Below are positions 10,943 to 19,594 of a stretch of 29,035 nt of DNA, one piece after another. Every line of letters starts with the position of its first letter. Positions within the stretch are counted from its first letter, which is position 1. This DNA is from an uncultured Fibrobacterales bacterium (GTDB taxonomy: Bacteria; Fibrobacterota; Fibrobacteria; Fibrobacterales; CAWVXU01). The stretch is taken from positions 1 through 29,035 of the forward strand of contig CAWVXU010000028.1 of assembly GCA_963934255.1 (NCBI GenBank), read 5' to 3'. A program made the translations under genes and the position numbers. The notes under the pieces were generated by a model, which made no database searches, was not told where the DNA came from, and worked only from the letters and a program-made list of their open reading frames with translations.

Positions 10943-11827
10943 CTAAACGTGTTCTGAACCAGCGTTAATCATTTTTGATATTCGCTCTAAGTCTTCCCAC
11001 GATTCAAAAGAAATTTCAATTTGCCCGCGACTTTTTTTGATTTGTAGATTCACATTAGTGCCTAGAGCATACATAAGATTACGCTCAACTTCTACGACAT
11101 TAGGATCTCTTATTTCAATTTTATTTTTTGGAACAGGTGGAGCTTTTGGTTTTGATGGAGTGCTAGCTTCTGCTTGTCGAACTGATGTTCCGTTTTGAAT
11201 CCATTTCAAAGCGAGTTTTTCTGGATCACTCACATCAGGTTTTAAAAGGTTTCTTGCGTGTCCTGCCGTTAGGCTTCCATCATGAATCCATGCTTGTACT
11301 GTTTCTGGTAGATTAAGGAGCCTCATTGTATTCGTGATATTTGTTCTAGATTTGCCAATCGCTTTAGCTAGATCTTCATGGCGATATCCGTGTTCTTGAA
11401 TCAATTGAGAAAATGCTTTGGCTTCTTCGATTGATGAAAGCTGTACTCGTTGAATATTCTCAATGAGGGCCCATTCCATCATGCGCTTATCGGAAATGGA
11501 ATTATAGATTATCGCTGTAACTTTATCTTTACCTAACTTTTGGTGAGCTCGGTATCGGCGTTCACCAGCAATAATCTGATACTTATTAAATTGTTTGCGC
11601 AGAGTGATAGGTTGGATTAAACCTTGCTCTTTAATGCTCAGTGCTAATTCATCAATTTCTTCGTCTTTAAAAACACGACGTGGCTGATAAGGGTTCGGTT
11701 CAATTAATGAAAGAGAAACTTCATCAACTCTTGAAGCGGAATCATCTATATATATATCAGGTAATTGCTTTTCATTGAAGATGGCACTCAAACCTTTGCC
11801 GAGGCCACCCTTTTTTAATTTTGACAT
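10943..11827 (-). CDS. parB: Chromosome partitioning CTPase ParB
   Basis: LGKGLSAI N-terminal peptide, NPYQPR, IIAGERRYRA, ENIQR, HTH KSRTNITNTMRLL, LTAGHAR. Confidence 0.96.
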   Translation of the reverse strand: MSKLKKGGLGKGLSAIFNEKQLPDIYIDDSASRVDEVSLSLIEPNPYQPRRVFKDEEIDELALSIKEQGLIQPITLRKQFNKYQIIAGERRYRAHQKLGKDKVTAIIYNSISDKRMMEWALIENIQRVQLSSIEEAKAFSQLIQEHGYRHEDLAKAIGKSRTNITNTMRLLNLPETVQAWIHDGSLTAGHARNLLKPDVSDPEKLALKWIQNGTSVRQAEASTPSKPKAPPVPKNKIEIRDPNVVEVERNLMYALGTNVNLQIKKSRGQIEISFESWEDLERISKMINAGSEHV

Positions 11828-11843
11828 AAGTTTCCTTTAGCTT

Positions 11844-12638
11844 TTAACTTTTAGATTTGGCTAAAATAATTTCCTCAGCGAGTCTCATATACCCTTGCGA
11901 CCCAGAACATAAAATATCATACAATATGATAGGTTTACCGTGAGAAGGGGCTTCGCTCAATTTAACATTTCTTTTAATAATTGTTTTAAAAACTTTTTCA
12001 GCAAAATCTGTTTGCACTTCATGTGCCACTTCTTTTGATAATGTTGTGTTGGAATACATGGTTAGGAGAGCTCCCTCAATTTCAAGCCCTGGATTAAGAG
12101 CTCTTTGAACTAATCGAATTGTATTATATAGTTCAGCTAAGCCCTGTAATGCATAATATTCGCATTGTATAGGAATGACTACAGATTTTGTTGCGGTGAG
12201 AACATTTATTGTCAGTAGATTAAGAGATGGAGGGCAATCAATAATGATATACTCATAATCTTCTTCAATGAGCTCAAGAAGTTGTTGAAGTCTTCGTTCT
12301 CGAGATAGTGTGAGGGTGCTCATAAGTTCAATTTCAAAAGCAGCTAGGTTCGTAGACGAAGGCAGACATTTTAAGTAGTCGATATCTGTATCATATATAA
12401 ATGGTGAAATGCTTTCTTTAGTTAAGCTTTCAATATTTGCAGTAAGTGATAATGCGTCATATATATCTAGTTCTTGTCTTTCATCTACCCCAACACCTTG
12501 AGATGCATTTCCTTGGGGGTCCATGTCAACCAGCAAGGTCTTTTTTTCTAAAGCAGCTAAACAAGCGGCCAAATTAACTGCAGTAGTTGTTTTACCAACT
12601 CCACCTTTTTGATTGGCTGTGGCGATAATATGAGCCAT
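11844..12638 (-). CDS. parA: Chromosome partitioning ATPase ParA/Soj
   Basis: Deviant Walker A NQKGGVGKTTT, DMDPQGNAS, IDCPPS, QCEYYAL, LSEAPSHG. Confidence 0.96.
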   Translation of the reverse strand: MAHIIATANQKGGVGKTTTAVNLAACLAALEKKTLLVDMDPQGNASQGVGVDERQELDIYDALSLTANIESLTKESISPFIYDTDIDYLKCLPSSTNLAAFEIELMSTLTLSRERRLQQLLELIEEDYEYIIIDCPPSLNLLTINVLTATKSVVIPIQCEYYALQGLAELYNTIRLVQRALNPGLEIEGALLTMYSNTTLSKEVAHEVQTDFAEKVFKTIIKRNVKLSEAPSHGKPIILYDILCSGSQGYMRLAEEIILAKSKS

Positions 12639-13265
12639 TTATTTCTCCCGAGTTACCAAATAATATGGTTCTGAATCTTCTAAATGATTGTATTGAATAG
12701 ACTCCCAAGGAGTTTGATTGAATATATCTTTTTCCGAAGAGCTTTTAAAAGTAATAAACTTTCCGCCTTCTTTTAAAAAGGAATTCGCTCTTTGCCAATC
12801 TTCGTTTAAATTCCCTAACGCCCTACTGCTAACAAAGTCAAAAGAATTGGCTGTTAATTTACTGAGGTAGTCCTCTGCTTTACCAATATTAAGTTTTAAA
12901 TTTTTTAGATTAAGGTCTCTTTTGAATTGCCTTAATATCCTTACCCTTTTTTCACGTGGCTCAATAGATGAGAATTTTAGATTTGGAAAAAGAATAGTAA
13001 GTGGGATAAGTGGGAACCCTGTTCCTGATCCCATATCTAAAATAGAATCATTATTGTTTCCATTTTGCAGAATTTTTAAAGCTTCTAATGAATCAAAAAT
13101 ATGGCGTTCCCATATAATTTTTTCGTTGTCTTTTGATATAAGATTGTTTTTCTTGTTCCATTTAAGGGTTAAATCACTGAGTTGAATGAGTTTTTCAATC
13201 TGATCGTTGTGAATTGTTTTTTTAAAACCCATACATTCAAGTTTTTTTTCAATGATTTGTTTCAC
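12639..13265 (-). CDS. rsmG: 16S rRNA m7G527 methyltransferase RsmG (GidB)
   Basis: WNKKNNL, RHIFDSL, SAM motif LDMGSGTGFP, VSSRA; GTG start; directly upstream of parA. Confidence 0.93.
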   Translation of the reverse strand: MKQIIEKKLECMGFKKTIHNDQIEKLIQLSDLTLKWNKKNNLISKDNEKIIWERHIFDSLEALKILQNGNNNDSILDMGSGTGFPLIPLTILFPNLKFSSIEPREKRVRILRQFKRDLNLKNLKLNIGKAEDYLSKLTANSFDFVSSRALGNLNEDWQRANSFLKEGGKFITFKSSSEKDIFNQTPWESIQYNHLEDSEPYYLVTREK

Positions 13266-13273
13266 GTGAAACC
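13258..13273. promoter_or_regulatory. parS site 1 (one mismatch; overlaps the rsmG start codon)
   Basis: TGTTTCACGTGAAACC versus consensus TGTTTCACGTGAAACA. Confidence 0.88.
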
Positions 13274-13312
13274 TTGTGTTTGTTAATTAACTATTGAAAA
13301 TATAGATAGATA

Positions 13313-13328
13313 TGTTTCACGTGAAACA
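13313..13328. promoter_or_regulatory. parS site 2 (perfect)
   Basis: Perfect palindrome TGTTTCACGTGAAACA upstream of rsmG-parA-parB. Confidence 0.95.
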
Positions 13329-13369
13329 AAAATTTCTCTATTTTGGGTGAGTTATTGACATTAGGTTTG

Positions 13370-13385
13370 TGTTTCACGTGAAACA
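13370..13385. promoter_or_regulatory. parS site 3 (perfect)
   Basis: Perfect palindrome TGTTTCACGTGAAACA. Confidence 0.95.
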
Positions 13386-13688
13386 TTGTTTCTTGTGTTG
13401 ATAGAATTGTTAAAAACACTAATTTTCTCGTTGTTAGTTGGTTTAGTTGGTTGATAACTGGTTTTTTTTTTGGTGATTCTGGAGTGTGGTGTTGATATGG
13501 TGAATAAACACAGTGTTTCTGATTAATTTATAGGCCTAAAAATCCCGATATTTGATTATTTACTGGGGAATGGTGGCTGTAACTTTAAAAAAGGACCCCT
13601 AAATTTGTTGTTTATGGTGAAAATGGAGGAAACTTGAGCGCTGTGAATAGATTAAATTAGGGTAGAAATTGGTGTGTTGTGTTTTCAA
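13386..13688. other. Candidate replication origin (oriC)
   Basis: Non-coding, next to parS, strongly G-over-C skewed on the + strand, with co-oriented degenerate DnaA-box-like 9-mers. No perfect TTATCCACA. Confidence 0.4.
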
Positions 13689-14582
13689 TTATATTTTTTT
13701 GGTGTATAACTCTGGGTGGGAGTTTTTAAATCTTCTATGGGTAAATCCATAGTAATGATTTGGGTGAAGTAGAATAATATCTTTAAATTTTTGAAAACAA
13801 TGCGGGTAAGGGGTCTTGGTTTTTTTGAAATGAATCGAATAAGTAGAATTAAATACAATGCCAGATTCCCTCGTGATATAACAGTAATATTTCTCTTGGC
13901 ACAATTTTTTTTCCAAATAGATAGGGATGGGGTTCCATTGAGTTGTCAAATTTAGAAAAGGGCTTATTATCGAGCTCGGCTTTTGTGGATTTTGATCCAT
14001 CATCCAGCCTAGGGTTTTTCCTTTAACTAAATTGTCTTTAATCAATTGGAACTGATTTCTAAAATCTCTAGTGTAGTTTTGGGTTTGATTCTTTGCTGTA
14101 GGGGTTTTGCGAAGCCATTGTAAAAATTGAGAAGCCAAGGTTTGGTGCATTGGGTGAATACTTACTTGTAGGTCAATGCCATAGTTTTTGATCTTTTGGG
14201 CCATCCACTCAAAGTTTCCAAAATGCATTGAGTACAGAATGTGAGGTCTTTGTTTGAGGTTGTGCCCAATGATTTCATCAATATTTTCCTGAGATGATTT
14301 GCTTATGTATATAGTAGGGTGGAATTTTTTTGAGGAAACTCTGAAAAGTATAAAGGATAAGAAATCATATGAAAGAGCAAAAAGAAGTTGATATCTTGAA
14401 AATGGTTGCGTGAAGTTAAAAGTATTTCCACTTTTATTTTCATCATTTAATGTCTTTAAGTTTATAGTGTTCTTGGTGTTCTGGGCTATCACCGTTTTCT
14501 TCCATCCTACTATATATAGTAGGGTTGAAAATATTAAGGCACAAAATTGGAGAATGGGGTGGAAAATGTAGTTGAATATCAT
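13689..14582 (-). CDS. Divergent lipid A biosynthesis acyltransferase (LpxL/HtrB-like, lysophospholipid acyltransferase family)
   Basis: HFGNFE (HxGNWE motif), MMDQ, and C-terminal HPNHYYGFTHRRFK (resembles PEQWxWxHRRWK). Confidence 0.75.
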   Translation of the reverse strand: MIFNYIFHPILQFCALIFSTLLYIVGWKKTVIAQNTKNTINLKTLNDENKSGNTFNFTQPFSRYQLLFALSYDFLSFILFRVSSKKFHPTIYISKSSQENIDEIIGHNLKQRPHILYSMHFGNFEWMAQKIKNYGIDLQVSIHPMHQTLASQFLQWLRKTPTAKNQTQNYTRDFRNQFQLIKDNLVKGKTLGWMMDQNPQKPSSIISPFLNLTTQWNPIPIYLEKKLCQEKYYCYITRESGIVFNSTYSIHFKKTKTPYPHCFQKFKDIILLHPNHYYGFTHRRFKNSHPELYTKKI

Positions 14583-14657
14583 GGATTAAAAGCTGCGTGG
14601 GTTCGTGTGAAAAAGTCTTTAACATTGAATAAAATCAACAACTTATAAAAGAAGGGG

Positions 14658-14686
14658 TTGACATAGTAGTGAAAATCTAATAACTT
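14658..14686 (+). promoter_or_regulatory. Sigma-70 promoter for the rpmH operon
   Basis: TTGACA (14658-14663), N17, TAACTT (14681-14686), ending 27 nt before the rpmH ATG. Confidence 0.7.
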
Positions 14687-14713
14687 GAGCGACAAATTTA
14701 GAAAGGGTTCATC

Positions 14714-14869
14714 ATGAAAAGAACATTTCAACCCAGTAACAGAAAACGTCGTAACAAACACGGATTCCGTTCACGTATGGAAACAAAAAATGGTCGCAAT
14801 GTTTTGGCTCGTCGTCGTGCCAAAGGTCGTCGCCGTTTAACGGTAAGTGACGAAATCGCCAAAAAATAA
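14714..14869 (+). CDS. rpmH: 50S ribosomal protein L34
   Basis: Manual translation [51 protein letters not shown]; absent from the ORF track. Confidence 0.98.
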   Translation: MKRTFQPSNRKRRNKHGFRSRMETKNGRNVLARRRAKGRRRLTVSDEIAKK

Positions 14870-15230
14870 ACTGAGGGACTTCCGATTAAATAAATCGGCT
14901 ATGTTTCAACAAGTGTTTAAGACAGGTACCAGGCTCTCTTCGGGAAGTCTGGTTCTCCGTTTTGCTCCTAGTCCAGATGGACAAAATAGGTTGTCATATT
15001 TATTACGCAAAAAGAATTTGAAGCTCGCTGTGGATCGAAACTCTGTGAGAAGACAAATGAGAGAAGCGTTTAGAATGAATCAACTTTGTTTGAATCAACC
15101 ACTCTGGATGGTTTTTGACTATAAACCACCTGTGAGAAACCAAGTGGAAGACGGGTTGTTTTGGATAGCAAGTGATCTCCTCAGTCAAGCTTCTATTCAA
15201 GCTGATAAAAAGTGGAATCAAGAATTGTGA
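14847..15230 (+). CDS. rnpA: Ribonuclease P protein component
   Basis: RL...FQQVFKTG, degenerate RNR motif [18 protein letters not shown]; position between rpmH and yidD. Confidence 0.88.
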   Translation: MTKSPKNKLRDFRLNKSAMFQQVFKTGTRLSSGSLVLRFAPSPDGQNRLSYLLRKKNLKLAVDRNSVRRQMREAFRMNQLCLNQPLWMVFDYKPPVRNQVEDGLFWIASDLLSQASIQADKKWNQEL

Positions 15231-15463
15231 AATATCTGATGGTAGGCCTTGTCAGGTTTTATCAAATAGTTCATACGCCTTTTTTCTCAGGAAGTTGTCG
15301 CCACGTTCCTACATGTTCTGAATATGCACTTTTAGCAATTAAAATGCATGGTTCGGTGAAAGGTAGTGTTCTAGCCCTAAGACGTTTACTAAGTTGTCAC
15401 CCATTACATGAAGGTGGCTTTGATCCGGTACCTGAACCGGTCAAGAAGAAAGATTATGAATAA
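15227..15463 (+). CDS. yidD: Membrane protein insertion efficiency factor YidD
   Basis: [34 protein letters not shown]. The GTG start overlaps the rnpA TGA (alternative start 15212). Confidence 0.94.
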   Translation: MKYLMVGLVRFYQIVHTPFFSGSCRHVPTCSEYALLAIKMHGSVKGSVLALRRLLSCHPLHEGGFDPVPEPVKKKDYE

Positions 15464-17255
15464 AAATAGTATTGCATTTGCTCTTATTGCGATCAGTCTT
15501 TTTTGGATGATGTCCAATGATGCTAAAAATCGTGAAGAGTTAGAAAAAGAAACTGAGGCTAAAAAAGCCACAGAACTTACAACAGCAGCAGGACTAGAGG
15601 GCACAGTCGCAGCTGGTGTTCCCGGTAAAGCACAAGTAGCTGATTCCTATAACCCTCCCACTATTAGCGTCAATCCAGATGACTCAACTATCATCGATAC
15701 GGTTTTAGCTCCAAAGATTTCTGAGCAAACGGTGAAGATTGCTACAGATAAATTTGATGTTATCCTGACGAACAAGGGTGCCAAAGTCAAATCTATTGTG
15801 ATGCACCATTTATCAAATGATGCAGGAGAATTTCCAGAACTTATCCAAGAAGATTCGCTCGGAATGTTGGGTCTTGAAATTGATGAGAAAGATTTCTCTC
15901 AAGTTTTATTTGAAGTTCAAGGTGGTGGTCAGCCTGAAATAACCATCAATAAAGAAACTTCAGTCGTCTTCACATGGCAAGATGCTCAAGGGCGTCAAAT
16001 CAAAAGAACATTTACTTTCACAAAGGGTGCTGACACATTTACCCAATCAGTCGTTTTTGAGAATTTTCAACCCAACGAGCTAAGATATTCTTGGTCTGGT
16101 GGGATGAGTGAAACAGAAGACATTAGTCAAATTGGAACATTTGGTTCAAACTACTATTTCAGTGAAGTTGTTTATTCTACTGGAGAAGAAGTTTTTAGAG
16201 AAACTACGGACGAATCTGAGAAATTTAATGAAGAGAAAGAACCGATAGAATGGTTAGGTCTTCGTCGTCGTTATGCAGCTGTTCTATTTGAGTTCGACGA
16301 GACTATAAAAACTCGTATTCTAACAAATCCTATTTCTCAGCCAGAAGAAAACCCTGCACCTATCACTTATGACATATCTTGGGATGCAAAGATTGAATCT
16401 GCCAAAAGTAGCTTTGTTGTTCGGGTTCAACCTCTCTTGTACAGTGATCTAAAAGCGCTTGGTGGAAGTCAAGAAGAGATTCTTTTCTCTGGCTGGACTA
16501 TTGTGGGTGCTGATTGGTGGTTTGTTGGTATCTGTGGGATGATTCTATCTTTCCTCAATGTTCTTTATGGTTTTATTGGTAATTATGGCATCGCTATTAT
16601 GTTACTGACTTTCCTTGTGAAGCTCGCTACTATGCCTTTGACAATTAATCAAATTAAATCTATGCGCGCGATGACTGCGCACAAACCAGCACTTGAAGCC
16701 CTTCGTAAAAAATATTCTAAAGACCCTAGTCGTTATCAAAAAGAGATGATGGGTTATTATAAAAGTAAAGGCATTAATCCTCTTGCACCTGTTATGGGTT
16801 GTCTTCCTATGATTTTGCAAATGCCAATATTTATTGGTCTATTTGTTGTATTAGGCCGTGCAGTTGAACTTCGTGGTCAACCTTTCTTTGCTTGGATTAC
16901 TGACCTTTCTCAACCAGATATTATTTATGCAGGGTTTCAAATTCCGCTTGTGATGCCTCATGGAATTAGTTTGCTTCCTCCAATTATGGCTGCAACAATG
17001 TACTTCCAAATGAAACAATCAATGTCATCAGCTGACCCTATTGCTAAAAACATGATATTTGTCATGCCTGTGATGATGTTCTTATTCTCAGCTGTGATGC
17101 CTTCTGGTTTGGTTATCTATTGGATTGTGTCTAACCTTTTCACTATTTTCCAATACCGTTTTACTGGAGCATCTAATACTCCAGCTGCAATTCCTGATGG
17201 AGTAAAAGAAGCGACAGTGGTGAAGTCAAAGTCGAAGTCCAAAAAGAAAAAGTAA
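15456..17255 (+). CDS. yidC: Membrane protein insertase YidC
   Basis: N-terminal transmembrane helix, periplasmic domain, [40 protein letters not shown]; start MNKNS. Confidence 0.96.
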   Translation: MNKNSIAFALIAISLFWMMSNDAKNREELEKETEAKKATELTTAAGLEGTVAAGVPGKAQVADSYNPPTISVNPDDSTIIDTVLAPKISEQTVKIATDKFDVILTNKGAKVKSIVMHHLSNDAGEFPELIQEDSLGMLGLEIDEKDFSQVLFEVQGGGQPEITINKETSVVFTWQDAQGRQIKRTFTFTKGADTFTQSVVFENFQPNELRYSWSGGMSETEDISQIGTFGSNYYFSEVVYSTGEEVFRETTDESEKFNEEKEPIEWLGLRRRYAAVLFEFDETIKTRILTNPISQPEENPAPITYDISWDAKIESAKSSFVVRVQPLLYSDLKALGGSQEEILFSGWTIVGADWWFVGICGMILSFLNVLYGFIGNYGIAIMLLTFLVKLATMPLTINQIKSMRAMTAHKPALEALRKKYSKDPSRYQKEMMGYYKSKGINPLAPVMGCLPMILQMPIFIGLFVVLGRAVELRGQPFFAWITDLSQPDIIYAGFQIPLVMPHGISLLPPIMAATMYFQMKQSMSSADPIAKNMIFVMPVMMFLFSAVMPSGLVIYWIVSNLFTIFQYRFTGASNTPAAIPDGVKEATVVKSKSKSKKKK

Positions 17256-17256
17256 A

Positions 17257-18597
17257 ATGAACGATACTATTTTGGCACTAGCGACACCGCCAGGCACCTC
17301 AGCTTTGGCTGTGATCCGGTTATCTGGTCCTGGTTCCCGTCAAGTATGGTTAAAATTTCTATCCAAAAATGAACCTCAAGCTCGAATGGCGAAACTTTTG
17401 CCATTTAAGAGCGATGGTGAAACTCTCGATCAAATACTTGCGATTTACTTCGCTGCTCCCTCTTCATTTACTGGTGAAGATAGTATTGAACTTTTCCCTC
17501 ATGGGAATATGCTCCTAATTAAAAAAATCATCAATGCTCTCATCTTGGTGGATGGTGTTCGTATGGCAGAGCCAGGTGAGTTTACTCGTCGAGCATTTGA
17601 GCATGGTCAAATTGACCTTATCCAGGCTGAGTCTATTGGGATGTTGATTCACTCGAGAAATGAAAAAGCCCTTGAGAATGCTCAAAAACTACTTAAGGGT
17701 GAACTATCTGAGCAAATTAAAGAGCTTGTTGATCAAGTGCAATATTTGTCAGCTAAGATGGAACTCGAAGTTGATTTCGCTGAAGAGGAAGCTGATGCTG
17801 AACTTGATGCTTGGTCTTTGGATATTATTAAAATATTAGAACTGATTGATGGTCTCAAAGAAGGACACATCAAAGGCCGTAAGAAATCTGAAGTGCCTAT
17901 GGTCGTTTTGTATGGCAAACCCAACGCAGGTAAGTCTTCTCTGATTAATGCTTTATTGGAGGAAGATCGTCTCCTGGTGTCTACACAAGCAGGGACAACG
18001 CGGGATTATATTGAAACAACTCTTTATCTTGATGGTGGAGAAATTAAACTCGTAGACACTGCAGGACTTGGCGAGGCGGTTGATCATTTGGATGAACTTT
18101 CACAAGAGAAGACTCAACAAATAGTCAAAAAGGCTCACTTGAGATTACACCTGATAGATGGTGCTGTCGAACTCAATAAAAATCAATTGCGCTCATATAA
18201 TCAGAGTGATGTGGCTGTCTTAACTAAGCTAGATAAAGTGGATGGAAGTACAGTTTTAAGCAATCAAATTGCTGGACATCAAACAACACTGGGTGTATCA
18301 AGTCAATCGGGAGTCGGGCTATCCGAATTGAAAGTATTTCTCAATAAAGAAATTTTTGAAGAAGATGAGACCAAGGAAGAAGTTTGGATGGCTAGTGAGC
18401 GTCAATTTCAATGCCTGGTTAAGTCAGAGGCTGTTTTAAGGGCTTCATTAGATTTTTTAGCTTTAGGACATGCTTCACCTGAAATATTAGCCTTTGAGTT
18501 ACGTGAGGCAAGGTTGGCGCTTGAGGAAATAACTGGTGAAATATCAGTTGATTCCATTTTAGGACGGATCTTTGAAGGTTTTTGTATAGGCAAATAA
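17257..18597 (+). CDS. mnmE: tRNA modification GTPase MnmE (TrmE)
   Basis: DTILALATPPG, SFTGED, GEFTRRAF, GKPNAGKSSL, GTTRD, DTAG, C-terminal FCIGK. Confidence 0.96.
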   Translation: MNDTILALATPPGTSALAVIRLSGPGSRQVWLKFLSKNEPQARMAKLLPFKSDGETLDQILAIYFAAPSSFTGEDSIELFPHGNMLLIKKIINALILVDGVRMAEPGEFTRRAFEHGQIDLIQAESIGMLIHSRNEKALENAQKLLKGELSEQIKELVDQVQYLSAKMELEVDFAEEEADAELDAWSLDIIKILELIDGLKEGHIKGRKKSEVPMVVLYGKPNAGKSSLINALLEEDRLLVSTQAGTTRDYIETTLYLDGGEIKLVDTAGLGEAVDHLDELSQEKTQQIVKKAHLRLHLIDGAVELNKNQLRSYNQSDVAVLTKLDKVDGSTVLSNQIAGHQTTLGVSSQSGVGLSELKVFLNKEIFEEDETKEEVWMASERQFQCLVKSEAVLRASLDFLALGHASPEILAFELREARLALEEITGEISVDSILGRIFEGFCIGK

Positions 18598-18598
18598 A

Positions 18599-18627
18599 AA
18601 AAGCCAGACTCAGTGAGTTTGGCTTTT
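18599..18627. terminator. Bidirectional intrinsic terminator
   Basis: AAAAGCCAGACTC-AGT-GAGTTTGGCTTTT between the convergent mnmE and outer-membrane protein genes. Confidence 0.8.
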
Positions 18628-18659
18628 AAATTATTAAGACCCTATTACTTGTCGCTCTT

Positions 18660-19493
18660 TTAACGAACGCCAGCTTTTTCATTGTTTGATTTGAATACAT
18701 AAGTGAACTTGGCACCTAAGTAATACTGGTCCATGTCAAGGTCATTATTCCCATAATAAACATCATCGTTGATCTTAAATTTATCAAATGAGATAAAACG
18801 ATACCCTGCGTATCCGCCTAGATTAATTGGTCCACTCAGCTTGATACGTACTTCAAGCTCAGGGTTGATGACTTTAGCAAAAGTTGAATAAGGCTTGGAT
18901 TCAATTTGTTCGCCTTCTTCGATTCCTGAAACAAGTGCAGGGAATTCAACATTAATACTTTGAATACCCATTGCAAGTGATGGGATAAAGTTCAAAATAT
19001 TTTCTTCAGATAAAACCTTATAACCTAACTTAAGGTCTACTCCATAGGTATAAAACGATGGGTCTTGAAATTGAACGATATCAGTAAGAATAGTGTCTTG
19101 TTCAAGCGCTGTAGCAATAGTTGTTTCTGAAGTACTAGGATTAGAGATGGATTGACGAGGTGATAAATTCAACCCTAAGCCAATAAGATATTGCTGATAT
19201 TCAACACCAAACTCTAAAGTTCCAGTAGGGATTTTGTCATAGAATTGATTACCACTCGGCAATTTGGTCAGGGTTGTTGGAGCGCTAAGCTCCCCATCGG
19301 CTGATTTAATAACATGTGAGGTAACGCCATTAACAGTTGCATTGAGATCACCGACATCAAAAAAACGATAGTCGGCGCCAATACTTATAAATTGACGCAA
19401 GTCGTTTTTGTCGTAGATGCTCTCCCCCGACCAAGACAAGGTCGACGCACCAACAAGTATGAGTAGATTGATTATAGTTTGAATTGATTTCAT
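18660..19493 (-). CDS. Hypothetical exported protein, probable outer-membrane beta-barrel
   Basis: Signal peptide (MKSIQ...LSWS); amphipathic strands GVDLKLGY, GGYAGYRF, YYLGAKFTYVF. The ORF track starts at 19532. Confidence 0.6.
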   Translation of the reverse strand: MKSIQTIINLLILVGASTLSWSGESIYDKNDLRQFISIGADYRFFDVGDLNATVNGVTSHVIKSADGELSAPTTLTKLPSGNQFYDKIPTGTLEFGVEYQQYLIGLGLNLSPRQSISNPSTSETTIATALEQDTILTDIVQFQDPSFYTYGVDLKLGYKVLSEENILNFIPSLAMGIQSINVEFPALVSGIEEGEQIESKPYSTFAKVINPELEVRIKLSGPINLGGYAGYRFISFDKFKINDDVYYGNNDLDMDQYYLGAKFTYVFKSNNEKAGVR

Positions 19494-19594
19494 AAATAAT
19501 TTCCTAAATGTTGCTATCTCATTAAAATTCAATAACTTAGAGAGATAGATATAAAATACATCTATTTTAAAACTTTACAAAGTCCAAAAGTGAG

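Noticed and set aside
12636..12641. In-frame TAA-ATG junction between rsmG and parA suggesting a broken fusion
   Set aside because: Both proteins are complete, standard-length and normally separate; this is ordinary translational coupling.
13355..13360. TTGACA between parS2 and parS3 on the + strand
   Set aside because: No -10 hexamer at 16-18 bp spacing and no + strand gene follows.
13258..13385. Mini-CRISPR-like pattern: three 16-bp palindromic repeats with 39- and 41-bp spacers
   Set aside because: The repeats are too short for CRISPR, match the parS consensus, sit beside parAB, and no cas genes are present.
14443..14761. Two 60-aa minus-strand ORFs in the usual dnaA position
   Set aside because: No DnaA-like sequence; they overlap the acyltransferase gene, the rpmH promoter and rpmH.
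19542..19568. AT-rich hairpin between malQ and the outer-membrane protein gene
   Set aside because: Weak AU stem without a clear U tract, so not supportable as a terminator.
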